Source: Gemmatimonadota bacterium
GTDB lineage: Bacteria > Gemmatimonadota > Gemmatimonadetes > Palauibacterales > Palauibacteraceae
Length of the DNA: 64,000 nt
Direction: 5' to 3'
NCBI GenBank assembly: GCA_046757885.1
Contig: JBHHZD010000001.1
Location: 53,587 to 117,586 of the forward strand
Shown: in pieces, positions 63,380-64,000 of the stretch
How positions within the stretch are numbered: position 1 is the stretch's first letter
Layout: each line of letters starts with the position of its first letter
Notes under the pieces: generated by a model
What the model saw: only the letters and a program-made list of their open reading frames with translations
Database searches by the model: none
Told to the model about the DNA's origin: nothing
Position numbers and translations under genes: made by a program

Positions 63380-64000
63380 TCAGTCCGCCAGGGCCCGCGC
63401 GAAGTCCTCGAGCAGGTCCTCCGGATCCTCGAGCCCTACGGAGACGCGCAGGAGTCCGGGCCGGATCCCGAGCTCGCGCCTCCGGCTCTCGGGGATCACG
63501 ACGTGGCTCATCGAGGCGGGGTGCTGGATGAGCGTGTCCAGGGTACCGAGGGTCGCGGCGAGCGTCACGACCTCGAGGCGATCCATGACCCGGCGGGCCG
63601 CCGTTTCCCCGCCTTCCACCTCGAAAGCGAGCATGGCGCCGCCCGCGGCGAGCTGGCCGGCGGGAAGGGTTGCGGGGTCAGGGTAATGGACGATCTGCAC
63701 GGCCGTCTCGCTCCGGAGTGCCTGCGCGAGCGCCGCGGCGGTCCGGCAGTGGCGCTCCATGCGGACGGGCAGCGTCGCGAGTCCGAGCAGCGTGAGCCAG
63801 GCCGCGAACGGATCCGGAGAGCCCCCGAGGCCTGTCCGGGCCGGGCGGATCATGTCCGCGATCCGCGCCTCCTCGCCCGAGACGATGCCGCCGATCGCGA
63901 CCCCGTGCCCGGACACGAACTTCGTCGTGCTGTGGATCGAGAAGTCCGCGCCCCAGCGGAGCGGCCGGAGCAGGGCGGGCGAGGCGAAGGTGGCGTCCAC
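63380..64000 (-). CDS. Cys/Met-metabolism PLP-dependent enzyme (cystathionine gamma-synthase / beta-lyase / O-acylhomoserine sulfhydrylase family). It is partial: the 5' end lies beyond the window end.
   Basis: PLP-lysine motif DFSIHSTTKFVSGHG and a C-terminal domain typical of the family. The stop is at 63380. Confidence 0.8.
   Translation of the reverse strand: MDATFASPALLRPLRWGADFSIHSTTKFVSGHGVAIGGIVSGEEARIADMIRPARTGLGGSPDPFAAWLTLLGLATLPVRMERHCRTAAALAQALRSETAVQIVHYPDPATLPAGQLAAGGAMLAFEVEGGETAARRVMDRLEVVTLAATLGTLDTLIQHPASMSHVVIPESRRRELGIRPGLLRVSVGLEDPEDLLEDFARALAD

Noticed and set aside
1-64000. CRISPR arrays, integrases/transposases, prophage or other mobile elements, rRNA/tRNA genes
   Set aside because: No regularly spaced short repeats were seen. 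The only tandem repeat (50001..50045) is a single 2 x 22-bp duplication. No recombinase, transposase or phage structural motifs were seen. Intergenic regions were scanned for tRNA T-loop-like GTTCGAnTC and none was found.

Overview
This 64-kb window is about 70% GC and is almost entirely coding. It reads as a chromosomal core region of a diderm bacterium; the gene content hints at a Gemmatimonadota-like or other FCB-group organism, with low confidence. There are about 55 genes and no integrase, transposase, CRISPR array, rRNA or tRNA gene. Many long ORFs in the six-frame track are antisense or read-through artefacts typical of high-GC DNA, and are listed under rejected items.

Genes recognised, in order:
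- a 3'-truncated group II PLP decarboxylase (minus strand, runs off the window start);
- a type IV pilus core operon pilB-pilT-pilC, then comEA;
- a giant secreted beta-rich protein of about 2,057 aa, whose true start at 12288 has a clean signal peptide;
- a divergent amidohydrolase;
- a TonB C-terminal-domain protein and a divergent lipoprotein;
- kbl, a DhnA-type class I aldolase, and rpe;
- the translationally coupled operon described below;
- a convergent serC-like/serA pair and two small hypothetical proteins;
- an AGCS symporter;
- a catalytically degenerate DEAD-box/DbpA-like protein;
- an RCK-gated K+ channel with a non-canonical selectivity filter (TAVGYQE);
- pspA, copA, a zinc-ribbon protein and an archaeal-type phosphoglycerate mutase;
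- a complete System I cytochrome c maturation operon ccmABCDEFGH, preceded by a coupled lipoprotein gene;
- a short sigma-70 (RpoD-like, no region 1.1);
- a VKOR/DsbA-like pair;
- a tail-anchored protein with tandem PH-like domains, a HAD hydrolase, DmpA, a PuuD-like amidohydrolase and a threonine dehydratase-like enzyme;
- gyrA, a GT2 glycosyltransferase with a NeuD-like C-terminal domain, and uvrA;
- an MsbA-like ABC exporter and a PLDc_N mini-protein;
- an orphan Dam-family N6-adenine methyltransferase;
- a predicted aminopeptidase lipoprotein, a tandem UspA, YggX, a GGDEF cyclase and leuS;
- a 5'-truncated Cys/Met-metabolism PLP enzyme at the window end.

The most unusual feature is the operon at 18693-21557. 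It encodes a JAMM/Mec+ protease, then a MoaD/CysO-like ubiquitin-fold sulfur carrier ending in Gly-Gly that is fused in-frame to a MoeZ-type E1 with a rhodanese domain, then a signal-less BtuF-like binding protein.

Coordinates follow the ORF track. My manual indexing of the displayed sequence was off by one in a few places, so treat hand-derived start positions as +/-1 to 3 nt. Several starts are internal to track ORFs because the track reports the longest ORF and allows GTG starts.
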